A stretch of 64,000 bases of DNA. Source: Phoronis australis. Lineage: Eukaryota; Animalia; Phoronida. This document shows, piece by piece, positions 52,858 to 64,000 of this stretch. The notes under the pieces were generated by a model, which saw nothing but the letters and a program-made list of their open reading frames with translations, did no database searches and was not told the DNA's origin. The stretch covers positions 153,570 to 217,569 of the forward strand of contig NMRA01000399.1 in NCBI GenBank assembly GCA_002633005.1, written 5' to 3'. Position 1 is the first letter of the stretch, and every line of letters begins with the position of its first letter. The translations under genes and the position numbers were made by a program.

Positions 52858-53000
52858 GTTCTATAGCATAACTACCATTGGACAATGTTTCCCAAGTTCT
52901 ATAGCATAACTACCATAGGACAATGTTTCACAATTTCTTTAGCATAACTACCATTGGACAATGTTTCACAATTTCTTTAGCATAACTACCATTGGACAAT
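52858..53000. repeat. ~38-bp tandem repeat, about 4 copies
   Basis: TAGCATAACTACCATTGGACAATGTTTCACAAT recurs. Confidence 0.92.
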
Positions 53001-54702
53001 TTTTCAAAAAACAAAAATATTGTGGCCAATCACAATAATGGCAGATTAGCCTTTGTAAAATGAAGAAACGTCAATCTTGGCAAATGGTTTTGTCTGAAAT
53101 CTTGTAAGCTTTCACGGTACACACCTTTCCATGTAGAACTCCAACACATTAGCTCAGAGATCACAAAAAACGAGTGTAATACAAATATAGGATATCCTGG
53201 TGAAGTGTTTCATTTCTCCTTTTGGTTCCGGCTTGCTCTCGCATATTCAATGTCGTTGTTAACTTCAAGCTGACGTTAAACTTTTTTTAACTCATCTCGC
53301 CAGTATTTTTAATTAGACCATTATACCGACATTAGTCTGACTGTAGCGGTCAGTCATATGGTGAAGTCATAAAGACACGCGTTCACCTGGAGCATTAACT
53401 GTGCAAATTAACAGTCTTGCCATCTTAATTAATTTCATTGTCAGCTAATAGGAAATGCCCTGGAAACTTGAGAGAAACGAATGCAAAAATGAACAGATTC
53501 GATGTTGTTTTGAGCATTTTTTAGAAAAAGTTTCAAGAGACAATGATGTTAAGCAGAAATAAAATATGTTTATACAAGCAATAATAGAGAAGCCCGCACT
53601 CTGGCCACTATTTTCTTGTAAAGCACATGGTTTATAATCATAATAAATGAAATCACCATTCATATGATATCAATAATGATAAGTTGCTAGTCAGCTGTAC
53701 TTTCTATGCAGCAGTAATTGTAGAGTTAAATGTATTCCCCCCAAGTACCGAACCTTGAGCAGCCAAGTACCAGCATTAAAAGCCCGTTATAGGAGCCACC
53801 AACAGTGCCAATCATCTGCATATCATGCTCCCAGGAGAGAGCTATGATTGCACGACAAACACACGTTAGTTGACTACAGACTGATGTAGCAAGGCTAACA
53901 GTGACAAATCAGCTACAACTTTTAAGTGCATTTCACAAAACATCTTTTGACAGCTGTTGAAATCCTGAGGGTGGACATGCCACCTAATTGCGGACAACAA
54001 TATATACCTACATTAGTCCAGCCTTACCTTCCTGTATATTCAACACAACTGAGCTAATGTCCAGTCAACTATAGTTTGAATCAAGCACACACACCTAAGC
54101 AGATCAACAGGTGCAACAAACAATACCTGCTCAGCTAATCAGGGTAATCTCATCAAAGGCTCTGTATCCAACACCAGTACATGACCTTAAACATAACCAG
54201 ATTGTACAGCCACTGTGCACTGCTATAGCAAATCCAAGAACAATACATCAATCTTCCTTGTACACAATAGGCAAAACAGAGCCCGATCAATTGGTGACAA
54301 ATTGACTTGACAGTCACTACATTTATCAACAAAAATCCTTCAATTGATTAAGGATTCAGGTGAGCCCTGTCAGATAAATGGTATTGTGCAAATAGGGATT
54401 CGCTGTTCTACAGTCAAGTCGGAGTAGCAAAAGAACTGGAAAATATTCTTCAGTTCGGACACAGCGTGGCAGACCAGTGGAATTTCAGTTAGTTGAATTT
54501 TTCAACATAAGAGGAAAATTTGGTCTCGTCAGCAGCTAATGATTCAGTTGTCAACAAAGAACATTTCAAAAGCTCCTAACATTATACATGGCACTGAGTA
54601 TTGCAGTGAAGTATCACAAATTTTGGATAAAAATAATTGCCAAAATTATCATTTTGTCACTTTGCAAAGACTTCTTACATATTGTTGTAAGTACGCAGAA
54701 GG

Positions 54703-54840
54703 TTGTATGAAGGCAGATATCATGCAAAGTTTGTAAGAAGGCAGATCTCATGCAAAGTTTGTATGAAGGCAGATATCATACAAAGTTTGTAAGAAGGCAG
54801 ATATCATACAAAGTTTGTATGAAGGCAGATATCATGCAAA
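54703..54840. repeat. 28-bp tandem repeat, 5 copies
   Basis: Unit GTTTGTATGAAGGCAGATATCATGCAAA. Confidence 0.92.
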
Positions 54841-56889
54841 GCTTGAACAAGGTAAAGTATAAATTTGATGCAATATATTTTACATGAAAAAATGAGAAAA
54901 TTTTTTTATCTGTTAGATATATAGTGAATCCTACAGGAGGTTTATGATAATATGTGTCCAGTTGGTGAGATCTTACAATACTTGTCAACATTAAATAAAA
55001 TAATTTGATTGTAGGCAGTATGGTACAAATTGTACCAGATGTGTGCCCGTCAGTCTGATGGGGCCATTACCAACACACACTAGAAGACAGTGTGCTCCAC
55101 GACCTAGAGCAAAGGGTGCAGATAATCATCTCACTTAATGCCAAACTGCTCATTTGTTGGATGTTGCAGTGAAGGTGATCTCAGATTCTTATTTTCCCAG
55201 ATAAATGTTGAATAAACAGAAGGTGCTCAACTGGCTTTGAGGCTATAATTGACAGTGGTATTAAAATTCCCATGAGCATAGTTTTTAGTCGACCAAAAAT
55301 AATTATTGGCAAATAGACGAGTACTATGTAAATATCGTTATCATTATCATAACTATGTTATTATTGTTATTATTAGTCATGTTATTGTTATAATCAAAAA
55401 GTTCACGCAAGATTGTTCTCTCATGGCGTGTTAGTAGGGGTAGGTCAGACCACCAATGGGCATTTACTGAGGAGTTTAATATGTAACACTAACCAGTCTT
55501 GTTCCCACCAATGGGCATTTACTGAGGAGTTTAATATGTAACACTAACCAGTCTTGTTCCCCAAACAGCGATTAGTGGAAATTTGCCACCCATAACAGGA
55601 CAGGACATCTTGACTTCTACAGCAATTGATCATAGAAGGTTACCCCATTAGGGAAAAGTCGTCCAACTCAGTTGTGCCTACTGCCAGTTAACATACTTTT
55701 TTTTTCACTATATCAGCTACTGGTAGTTTGACTAGTGTTACAAACAATATTACACTTTTGTTACTGAAGGAAAATTACTTACAAATGAATAAATTAATTA
55801 AACAAATTACAACGAAATTTCCAAATTTGCTCATACAGAAACACATATTTTCAAAAAATAAGAGTTATGCCCTAAATAACAAAATCTAATTGTCACCACA
55901 AAGTAGAGTAAAGTAATGGGGTTAACAATTACATAATTTCTCATTGCTTTCAAAAACACAACCACTTTTCTACAAAAAATCAAAAATTGCATCTTTAATT
56001 CAGAAAAAGTCAATTCATCTCAAACTTAAATAAACCTATTAAATTAAAAAACCTACTGAGAAGAAACAGTACAAAATATTCAAGTAGGTTTCAAAGGTAT
56101 AGCAATAAGTCCAACGACAATGACTAGTGAGTTATCTTTTCCCTTGTGATTACAGTAAAAATCTGTTTCTTCTGACAGAGAGGATTAGCCACCAGACAGC
56201 ATGGTCAAACCGCCAGCACCAGGATTCTAGACAAAAACTTTTTAGTCCAGCCAAAATAAACATACAGTTAGAGACATTAAGTTTTACACGATAATGGAAA
56301 AAGTAATTCATGCAAACCGACTTCTTTCATGAATTTCAAACAGAATTTTCATATTTTAGTAGCAGATAACCTCATTCTAATATTTTAATTTTTTAATTAA
56401 CAAAAATGCAATTTGAAAATAAACAAAAAGAATAAAAATGGAATTTTAGGTTTGCTAATTTAAAAATGATTTCTCAGAAACTGAAAATGGGAAATCGTTG
56501 GTATTAAGTTCACTCGTTTCTGAGGTGTTGATTTATTTCCGTTAATAAAAAGCACAGGTCAACAGATTTGTTGAATTAAATCTACATATGATAGGCAAGC
56601 AAACTGACAGACATAAGAACATGAGTAATTTGTCATACAAGTATCTGGATGAGGAACAACCTGAGTAAGAATAAAGTCATTATTTCATTCTCATTCGTTT
56701 TTGTTTGGTCCAACATAAGTTAAACAAAACAGTTATATAAAATAATTCAGGCAAAAAGATCAATTGTAAACATAATAGTGTAATAGAAAATTATGGATAA
56801 ATTTATATCCGTTGCAAAAAAATAAGAAATAACTTTTAGTCAGCACCCAATTTTTGTAGTAAGACCATTAAAAAGTAACAAAATCTCTT

Positions 56890-57600
56890 ACTTTCGACTT
56901 GCCAGCGCTGACAACGTCTACGGTATGCAGACGTCTCATGCCATACTTTCGTTGAACTCTTCTGGTTCCACGTTGCTCAGCCATTTTCCAGATTAATGGT
57001 GAAAGTTATCACCAATCAAAGACACTGTCTTGGTGTAATCACAAGTTCAGTGCTCACCCAGCAAAAGTCATTCCAAATTATTTATACAGTTGAATGTCTA
57101 CGGTTCTGCTATTAACCTTTTGCGTCTAAAGTTATTATTCAAACTACGCAAATGCCACTTTTCAAAGTTGTTAAAAATCCTCGATCCTGTTGGCAGTGAT
57201 GTTGTCCAAATTGAAATAAATACTGAGAGTAAGCGTAAGTCAATAATTCACTCTTTCAAGACTACTGGCAATGTAGCTGGGAAACGTCAGTTACCATGTT
57301 GATCCCTCCAGTACAATACACTTTTAAATATCACAACACAAAATTTCCGACCTCATCCCTTGACTGTTATTCAAGTTCATACTTAATAGACAAATGCATT
57401 TCCACATAAATCTGGTTGCGGACCTTTGAGACTGAAGTTTCCCCAAGTAACATGTATCAATGATAAACTCAATATCAATTTGATCGCGGTAACTCCCCAG
57501 TGGTCCAATTGAATGTCCAATCATCGGTAAATTTAGCAGTGCTTATACCCACAATGCAATTTTGCACCTCCACAGGAGATTGCCAATTCAGCCTTTAAAC
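56890..57600 (-). pseudogene. Possible Academ-like transposase relic (highly decayed)
   Basis: Minus-strand fragments ILCCDI...LTFPSYIA...PTGSRIFN...KTVSLIGDNFH...RRLHTVDVV end at a GTAAG donor (~56892). The motif order resembles the Academ xQDI..P..I..TGS..L...GDNxD...H region. Many stop codons. Confidence 0.3.
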
Positions 57601-59039
57601 AACAGAATAGTTTAAACGGAACACGTCTATCAACACGTCTGTCAACATAGCTTCAGTGAAATTGATTCCAATTCCTCCAGCTTCTTAGTGACAATGGCTA
57701 TAATTACGACAAGCATTCTCTTGCTCCACGCTTCCTTTTCCCTGAGTTGTTATCATGCTGCAGAGACTAATTTGCATCCAATAACTGCCACGGCAACAAA
57801 ATTACTCATCTGGCCAGGTATCCCAGAATACTGCCACTTATCCATGAGAGGGAGAAACTTAAACTGTACCTGATAATGGCAACACAGAGCTAGAGTAGCA
57901 TTAGTTAATTAATGATAGCCAGGTAGCCAGTTGGATGCACTGTGCTGGGAGGCTAATACACTGCTATCAATAGTAATAACTTGGAATATTAGGAGCTGAC
58001 AGCTATCCACACAATGCTGCCATTCACAGTGAACAAATACCACAATCCATTTAATAAAGCACTACGAATGACAGTGACATCTGTTGGACAAAACTGCTTG
58101 TTGACATGAACAAGTAAAGCAATTCCTCATGTATAGCTGAATTCAGGCACTTTCTAAACTGTAAAATCAGAATGACACCACTTGGTAATGTACAGGTAAC
58201 AGTCCAAGTCATCAACCAGGTATGCGTAACAGTCGACGGTCATCAACCAGGTAACTGTAGCATTGCACAATCAAGATATTTCCAACCCTCCACCTGTCAG
58301 TCGCTATTAGAAGTCATCCAATCACAGCAGCTCTGACCTGACGAAAATTCAAACTGAATTAATCTGATCCAAGTCATTTGAAAAAAAAGCCTGGGTGGCC
58401 TGTGGAGTGTGAGGCAGTTTGCCGGTGACAGCCAACCCCGAAATGATTGGTGGTGAGTTGACAAGCCATCACTTATAAACCTTGCTTGCACACCTTAGTG
58501 TGTCTTTTTAAATATTTGTGACTTTGGCTGAAACTGATGAATGTGGAAGTTTTTTTTTCTTGAAGGAGTGACGCAAAAGTTTCGAAATGAATAAGGGGCG
58601 CACACCAACCTACTGCGCTTTTTAACCATACAAACACCTGGTAACAAAAAAGAGCCAACTACCAGTGCAGCAGATTTTACTAGTTACTGACTCCTGGAAC
58701 ATGTAAGACAACCTCTATGTTATCCAACAAGAATGTAGTCCAAACAAGATTTGTGCATCCAGTAGAGCAGTTGTTATCCCACCATTGAATTTGCCTGAAA
58801 TGAATCTTCCAGTTTCATCAACCCAGCCCAATGAATCCATCCACACCAACCAGAAAAATTCTGCAGTTTGGGTCAGTTTCTAAAATTTGGGACACGTAAA
58901 TTTAAGCAGAAATTGGGACGCATTTGATTTTGGCTTCAGTCATATTTCTCAAATTTGGGACACTGCATTTTTGTACAACATAGTGAAAATAGACTTGGCA
59001 GACAGCCAAAACAACAAGTAAAACAATTCCAGGGACTCT

Positions 59040-59340
59040 CACCGTGTGTCCCTCACAGTGTGGGCCTTAACAGTGTGTCCCTCACAGTGTATAACTCAGA
59101 GTGTGTACCTCACAGTGTGTCCCTCACAGTGTGTCCCTCACAGTGTGTCCCTCACAGTGTGTCCCTCACAGTGTGTCCCTCACAGTGTGTCCCTCACAGT
59201 GTGTCCCTCACAGTGTGTCCCTCACAGTGTGTCCCTCACAGTGTGTCCCTCACAGTGTGTCCCTCACACTGTGTCCCTCACACTGTGTCCCTCACACTGT
59301 GTCCCTCACACTGTGTCCCTCACAGCGAGTACCTCAGTGT
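59040..59340. repeat. 14-bp minisatellite, about 21 copies, inside the GTCCCAAATT repeat
   Basis: Unit CACAGTGTGTCCCT, changing to CACACTGTGTCCCT in the last copies. It explains the ORFs at 58955-59400. Confidence 0.96.
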
Positions 59341-59544
59341 GTAACATTGAAGTCAAATGTAATCTTTGAATTTGGGACGACCAATATTGCCTACTTCTAA
59401 AATTTGGTAAAAGTTCTAACCTTAAGCAAAATAATTAATTCTTTCTGTTTCAATCTTGAAAATTTTTACCTTAATTTTAGAAGCATTCCAAACTAATTGG
59501 CGCATGTTTGTTAACAATTCATTGCAATTGTCCCCCCTCAGAAC

Positions 59545-59880
59545 TACTGTAAACTCGCGGGTTAATGCCCATGCCCGTGTAATCACCAATCCCCGAGTTT
59601 TGGTCAATTTTTGGTTTAAGCGCCCTCTGCTTGGGTAATTGCCAGTCTCCTACTTCCTGCTAATTTCCATGTAAGCGTATATATTTCAAACGCACATATT
59701 TCAAGCGTACATATTTCAAGCGTACATATTTCAAGCATACATATTTCAAGCGTGCATATTTCAGGTAATCACCCATCCCAACTTACTACTTACAGAACTT
59801 GCGCTTGAACTCGTGCTTTTGTTCACAGCTTCGCCTCAGGCTCAGACTTCCGTGTTTGTGGAAACACGGCGTGCTTACTC
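59545..59880 (+). mobile_element. pogo-like MITE end with a 15-bp tandem expansion (59685-59763)
   Basis: Start TA-CTGTAAACTCGCGGG, homologous to 23630-23872. Internal (CATATTTCAAGCGTA)x5 is absent from the other copy. Confidence 0.75.
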
Positions 59881-60394
59881 CTGCGTACAATTGCCTCGAA
59901 AAGCATGTCTTTCAGCCAGCGCTTGTGGAATAACTCAAGCGCTGCAACCACCTTTTTTAAACTTATCAACTGATCTCTTTTGTTAAATTAATATCGGCCT
60001 AATCCGTAGATTTTTATACAAGTGACGCTAGTGTATCACACGGTTAGGCGTACAACGACCTGGAAGTCACCTGCATAGGTTGTCTAGGTGACAAATTTTC
60101 GAATTACCTCGTCTAAATTTTTTCGTACCAGACACCATTTCCGATGATTTTTCGAGTTCAGTAGATCAAATTTTTTTATTGTTTGGTGAGAACAGGTAAA
60201 AGTTCTAAACATTGCCATGTATCTTCAGATGGAGCACTTAACTTTGCGAGATTTTTTACCAGTATTTGAATTGACCAATTAATCTAACCCCCCTCTTGTT
60301 GTAATTGCACACGCGCTGACCACGTGATTTTGATAGATTTGTTTCCTGGGTCAACTCAGATTTGAATCGAACAATTATTCACACCCCCTTTCAA

Positions 60395-60594
60395 TGCGAG
60401 TAGTTCATCCCGTTCAATCCGCCATCTTCTTGATCACATCACGTGACCTAATGAATATAAGTCCGAAAAGATTTCTGCCCCCGACCGGGACTCGAACCCA
60501 GGACCTTCTGCTAACCGTGCAGATGCTCTAGCCTGACTGAGCCATCGGGACCACTGGTCAGACACAGAAATCCAATCGGGATGAACTACTCGCA
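60395..60594. mobile_element. 200-bp element with perfect 18-bp inverted termini enclosing the tRNA-like gene
   Basis: TGCGAGTAGTTCATCCCG (60395-60412) and CGGGATGAACTACTCGCA (60577-60594). Confidence 0.65.
60476..60551 (-). tRNA. tRNA-like sequence (probable pseudo-tRNA or tRNA-derived element; nominal anticodon GGT)
   Basis: GTCCCGA TG GCTC AGTCAGGCTA GAGC A TCTGC ACGGTTA GCAGA AGGTC CTGGG TTCGAGT CCCGG TCGGGGGC A. All four stems pair and the A and B boxes are intact, but the anticodon loop lacks U33 and the acceptor stem has an extra G. Confidence 0.7.
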
Positions 60595-60808
60595 ATAGAG
60601 CATCTGCACGGTTAGCAAATGACAGAAAAACAAATTGAGTGTAATGAAGACCACCATTATTAAGAAAGTAGTTCTAGCTATTACCATTCCACTTCATTAG
60701 CTCAGACCTGCATCAATACAAAGGGCGTGCTGAATAGGGATGGTAAAAGGTATCTGGGCCTTAGGGACTTAGAGCAGTGACCAGTGTAAGTGAGAAATTC
60801 TCCACACG

Positions 60809-62249
60809 AAGGCGGAAGACTGGTCCAAGTGCTCACAGCAAGTGAAATACTATATTTCTTGGAGCTGACTTCATGCTGTACTGTGTAACTTAAGCCAAGA
60901 TTGTTTTATAAATAATAACATTGAAAACACATGTAAATTAAAATGTTTGTCATTGTTATCATTATTAACAAAATAAAATATCGCAATTTTTAGCTTGATT
61001 GATCATACGTGTATAGATTCTATTTCGTACAGCCATGAGATTTCCAGCTGCATTTGTCAAGCATAACAATGTGACGTTTTATAAAGGGAGCCAGCCCTCC
61101 TTCTAAGCAAAATGCAGTGGAAAAAAAGAAACACCACACAAATTATGAGGAAAACAAGAGAAGGCGAGATTTTGAATCTGATTAGCACAAGGGGCGGGCC
61201 TGGCTTCAAGACACAGGAGACGGCGTAGTTACTGTGTTGGATGACATATCGTCTCGTGTAGACAGCCAGCTAGCTCTAGGAAGACTATTGTCAAAATACA
61301 CTGTGTTGAACTCCAACAGTCCTCGATGTTGCACACAGCCCGATTACTTCTGCTTGTCACCTCGCCGTGAAACTTAAAAGTATCAACATGTAGAGCTAAA
61401 AACCCGCGATGCATGCAAAATTTAGGAGTCAACCGCCAATCATCTTGCCCGGTGCAGCTGTTTAAATGAATAACAATCTAATAAACGTCATTCTTTCGGG
61501 CCATTCTCTGCCTTTTGTAACAAAGAAAAGTATGTCGTCTTTTTGAAAACCGTACACTCATGACACGCGCATATGCCATTTCCCACAGCTTTACGACATC
61601 TCTCGGGAGAAGATGACAGCAAAATTTGTTCTCGGAAATTTGGTATTAAAATATTAAAAATTTATAATGAAGTGAAACCAATTACAATAATTTGTTGCGA
61701 CATGTACACAACCTCATGAAAGAACGACAGTTGATTGAAGAATCGGCGCACAAAGAAACTGGCCAATGGGTCACGCAACATTTCATGGCGCTGAAAGCCA
61801 ACGCAAAGATGGCTCTGCAATTTTAGCAGCAGAATAATGGTAGAACGCCAATTATTCCAAAACCGGTAAATAATTTAGTTTACTCAAGGAAGAGTGTAGT
61901 TTTTAATGACACTAATTTTGTGTCAGATTTTATCTAGTCAGTCTTTTACCCACATTGGCGCATAGCTGAGTATGTAGGTTTACACCAAGGCTATGTCTTG
62001 CATTGCCAGGAATTCATCCACGTCGAAAGTTTCTTGGTAGGAATTCTGCATTTTCTAAAAATGATACTAGCCCTAATAGATGGCGACATCAACTGAACAC
62101 AGGAAACGATCATTTTATTGACGTTGGCAACAAGTTTGTGGTGACCAACGCAAAACGACTGGGCGACTGAACTTTGGGCTGGGCGAGTAAATTTTCTGGC
62201 TCACTCCCCCAGCTGGTGAGCGGAGTTTTGAAACCTGGGTATATCCCTG
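60809..62249. mobile_element. hAT-like non-autonomous element, copy 2 (5'-truncated)
   Basis: GGAAGACTGGTCCAAGTGCTCACAGCAAGTGAAATACTATATTTCTTGGAGCTGA matches ~3102-3157. The 3' part 62070-62249 matches 4262-4444 and ends ATATCCCTG. Confidence 0.7.
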
Positions 62250-62462
62250 AAACCCTGGTAATGACAGTGCTGAGCCATATTCTATTACAAACCCTGGTAA
62301 TGACAGTGCTAAGCCATATTCTATTACAAACCCTAGTAATGACAGTGCTGAGCCATATTCTATTACAAACCCTGGTAATGACAGTGCTGAGCCATATTCT
62401 ATTACAAACCCTAGTAATGACAGTCCTGAGCCATATTCTATTACGAACCCTGGTAATGACAG
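62250..62462. repeat. 39-bp minisatellite, about 5.5 copies
   Basis: Unit AAACCCTGGTAATGACAGTGCTGAGCCATATTCTATTAC. It explains the ORFs at 62110-62602. Confidence 0.96.
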
Positions 62463-63951
62463 GTTGGCTTCCACAGGACCATATCACTTCTTTCCCATCC
62501 ATGCAATCTTGTTTCTTGTCAGATTTTAGGAAAGTGCATCTTAACATAACTAACTTTCTTTACATAAGAACTGTCATTACTAGAGTTTGCTGTGAATGTT
62601 AACAAGAATATTCTCATTTCTTGCTTTTGAAATGGATTCATGAAAACAGCATTTTACGAGGAAGAGATATTCTCCAACTTCTTACGGCTACGTAAGGGAC
62701 CCTCGAAAAATTCCAAAATTCGGCTAACGTCGAAAAATCTTATCTCAGAAACAGCTGATCCTATTCATATGAACCTTTCAGATAGCTTTAAGCACGCTCC
62801 TCCAAAACACTGTTAGCAATTGTTTTTAAAATGTTTCACTTTTGCATGTGGGGCAATTAAATAAGAATTTTATGATTTTCATTAAAAATATAATAAATAA
62901 ACATAAAATGAGAATCAAGTGATTGTTTAAAAACTTGGAATACCATTTTTGAGAACTCATCTAAAATTTTATACTTTCCTTCTTACTAAAAAGAACTAAA
63001 AACACCTGGTTACATGACCCAAATTACTAAAAACACCTGGTTACATGACCCAAATTAATGACCGATAGGTAAAAAATCGAAAATAAATGTCTATACAAGC
63101 TTTCTTCTTTCAGAATATACACTTTTGCTAAAATTTATAGTTTTGTAGACACTTGTGAATAATGTTCCACATAACCTTCACTAGGTGAAAACACACATGG
63201 GGAGATGCCACCAAGAGGGTTCACATTTTTGCTGACTTCAGCTCTAAAAATCTTTTTGTGATGTTAACATATAAGAAATTTCTCTTTTCAAGAGAAATTG
63301 AATCTGAGAGCCATCTGTTGGTCCATGCTGATACCAAAATTTAAATTGGCTATAAAACCACGTTCTGTCTATGTAGCAGACTTTTTATTTAGATCACTAA
63401 TTGTTCTAGAATTGTTCTTAAGAAGTCGATGATGTCTGTGTTTGCCAAGAGCTGGCAACTGGTAATTCCTTGAGCCTATAATCAGTACATAAAATGCTAC
63501 CTTATGACAAGCCAATTTGTTGTCAAAGCATGGTCACATGATATCACAAGCCAATTAGTTGTCAAAGTGTGGTCACATGATATCACATGCTGTCAGTGCT
63601 TTTGGAGCCCTAAAATTAACTCTAATTTGAATAAGGAACAATTTGAGACCAATTTCATACAGCTAAGTGGTCTAAATGATAAGTTGGATTTTCTGATGGA
63701 AGTCAATGGCCGCCATTTTATAATCAAAGACTGATAGACTAATTGCTCAGTGTACCTCAGGATCACCAATAATCTTCATTCACTGGAGAAATGTGCAAAA
63801 CCCCTCAGAAAACCATCAGAAGCTTGTTCAATAGCGAGTCAGTGTACATGTGATCACGCTTCCCCCCTTCATGAACAGTAATGTGACGACAGTGCTCGCA
63901 AGCGTACATGATACTTCTGTCGACTTATTCGTTTAGCATTCCATGATGTGA

Positions 63952-63991
63952 CTGAATCACCTTAAAATTTAAAAGTTTTAAGGTGATTCAG
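63952..63991. repeat. Perfect 16-bp-arm hairpin (palindrome)
   Basis: CTGAATCACCTTAAAA, loop TTTAAAAG, then TTTTAAGGTGATTCAG. Confidence 0.9.
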
Positions 63992-64000
63992 CAATGACAA

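Noticed and set aside
60476-60551. Functional tRNA-Thr(GGT)
   Set aside because: The anticodon loop ACGGTTA lacks U33, G34 anticodons for Thr are rare in eukaryotes, the acceptor stem has an extra base, and the context is a mobile element.

Overview
AT-rich eukaryotic genomic DNA. The repeat landscape suggests an invertebrate animal, possibly a marine deuterostome (inference only). There is a 736-N assembly gap at 37944-38679. I find no intact protein-coding gene, rRNA or CRISPR array: the listed ORFs are chance ORFs, translated tandem repeats, gap artefacts or decayed transposon fragments. The window reads as a long intron or intergenic tract filled with old transposable elements and many minisatellites. 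Recognisable decayed coding remnants are (i) a THAP zinc-finger exon overlapped antisense by a KolX-like first exon inside a Kolobok-like element (508-~2250), (ii) a frameshifted HIRAN-like ORF inside a pogo-like element that is the innermost layer of a three-level nested insertion (2585-4686), (iii) a Penelope-like RT/GIY-YIG fragment (36140-36720), and (iv) a possible Academ-like transposase relic (~56890-57600). Other notable structures are a 200-bp unit with perfect 18-bp inverted termini enclosing a tRNA-like gene (60395-60594), an array of eight co-oriented CTCF-like motifs spaced about 140-160 bp apart (50143-51302), and several minisatellites that arose inside single copies of dispersed repeats whose unexpanded sister copies lie in the same window. 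All family assignments come from manual motif recognition, not database searches.
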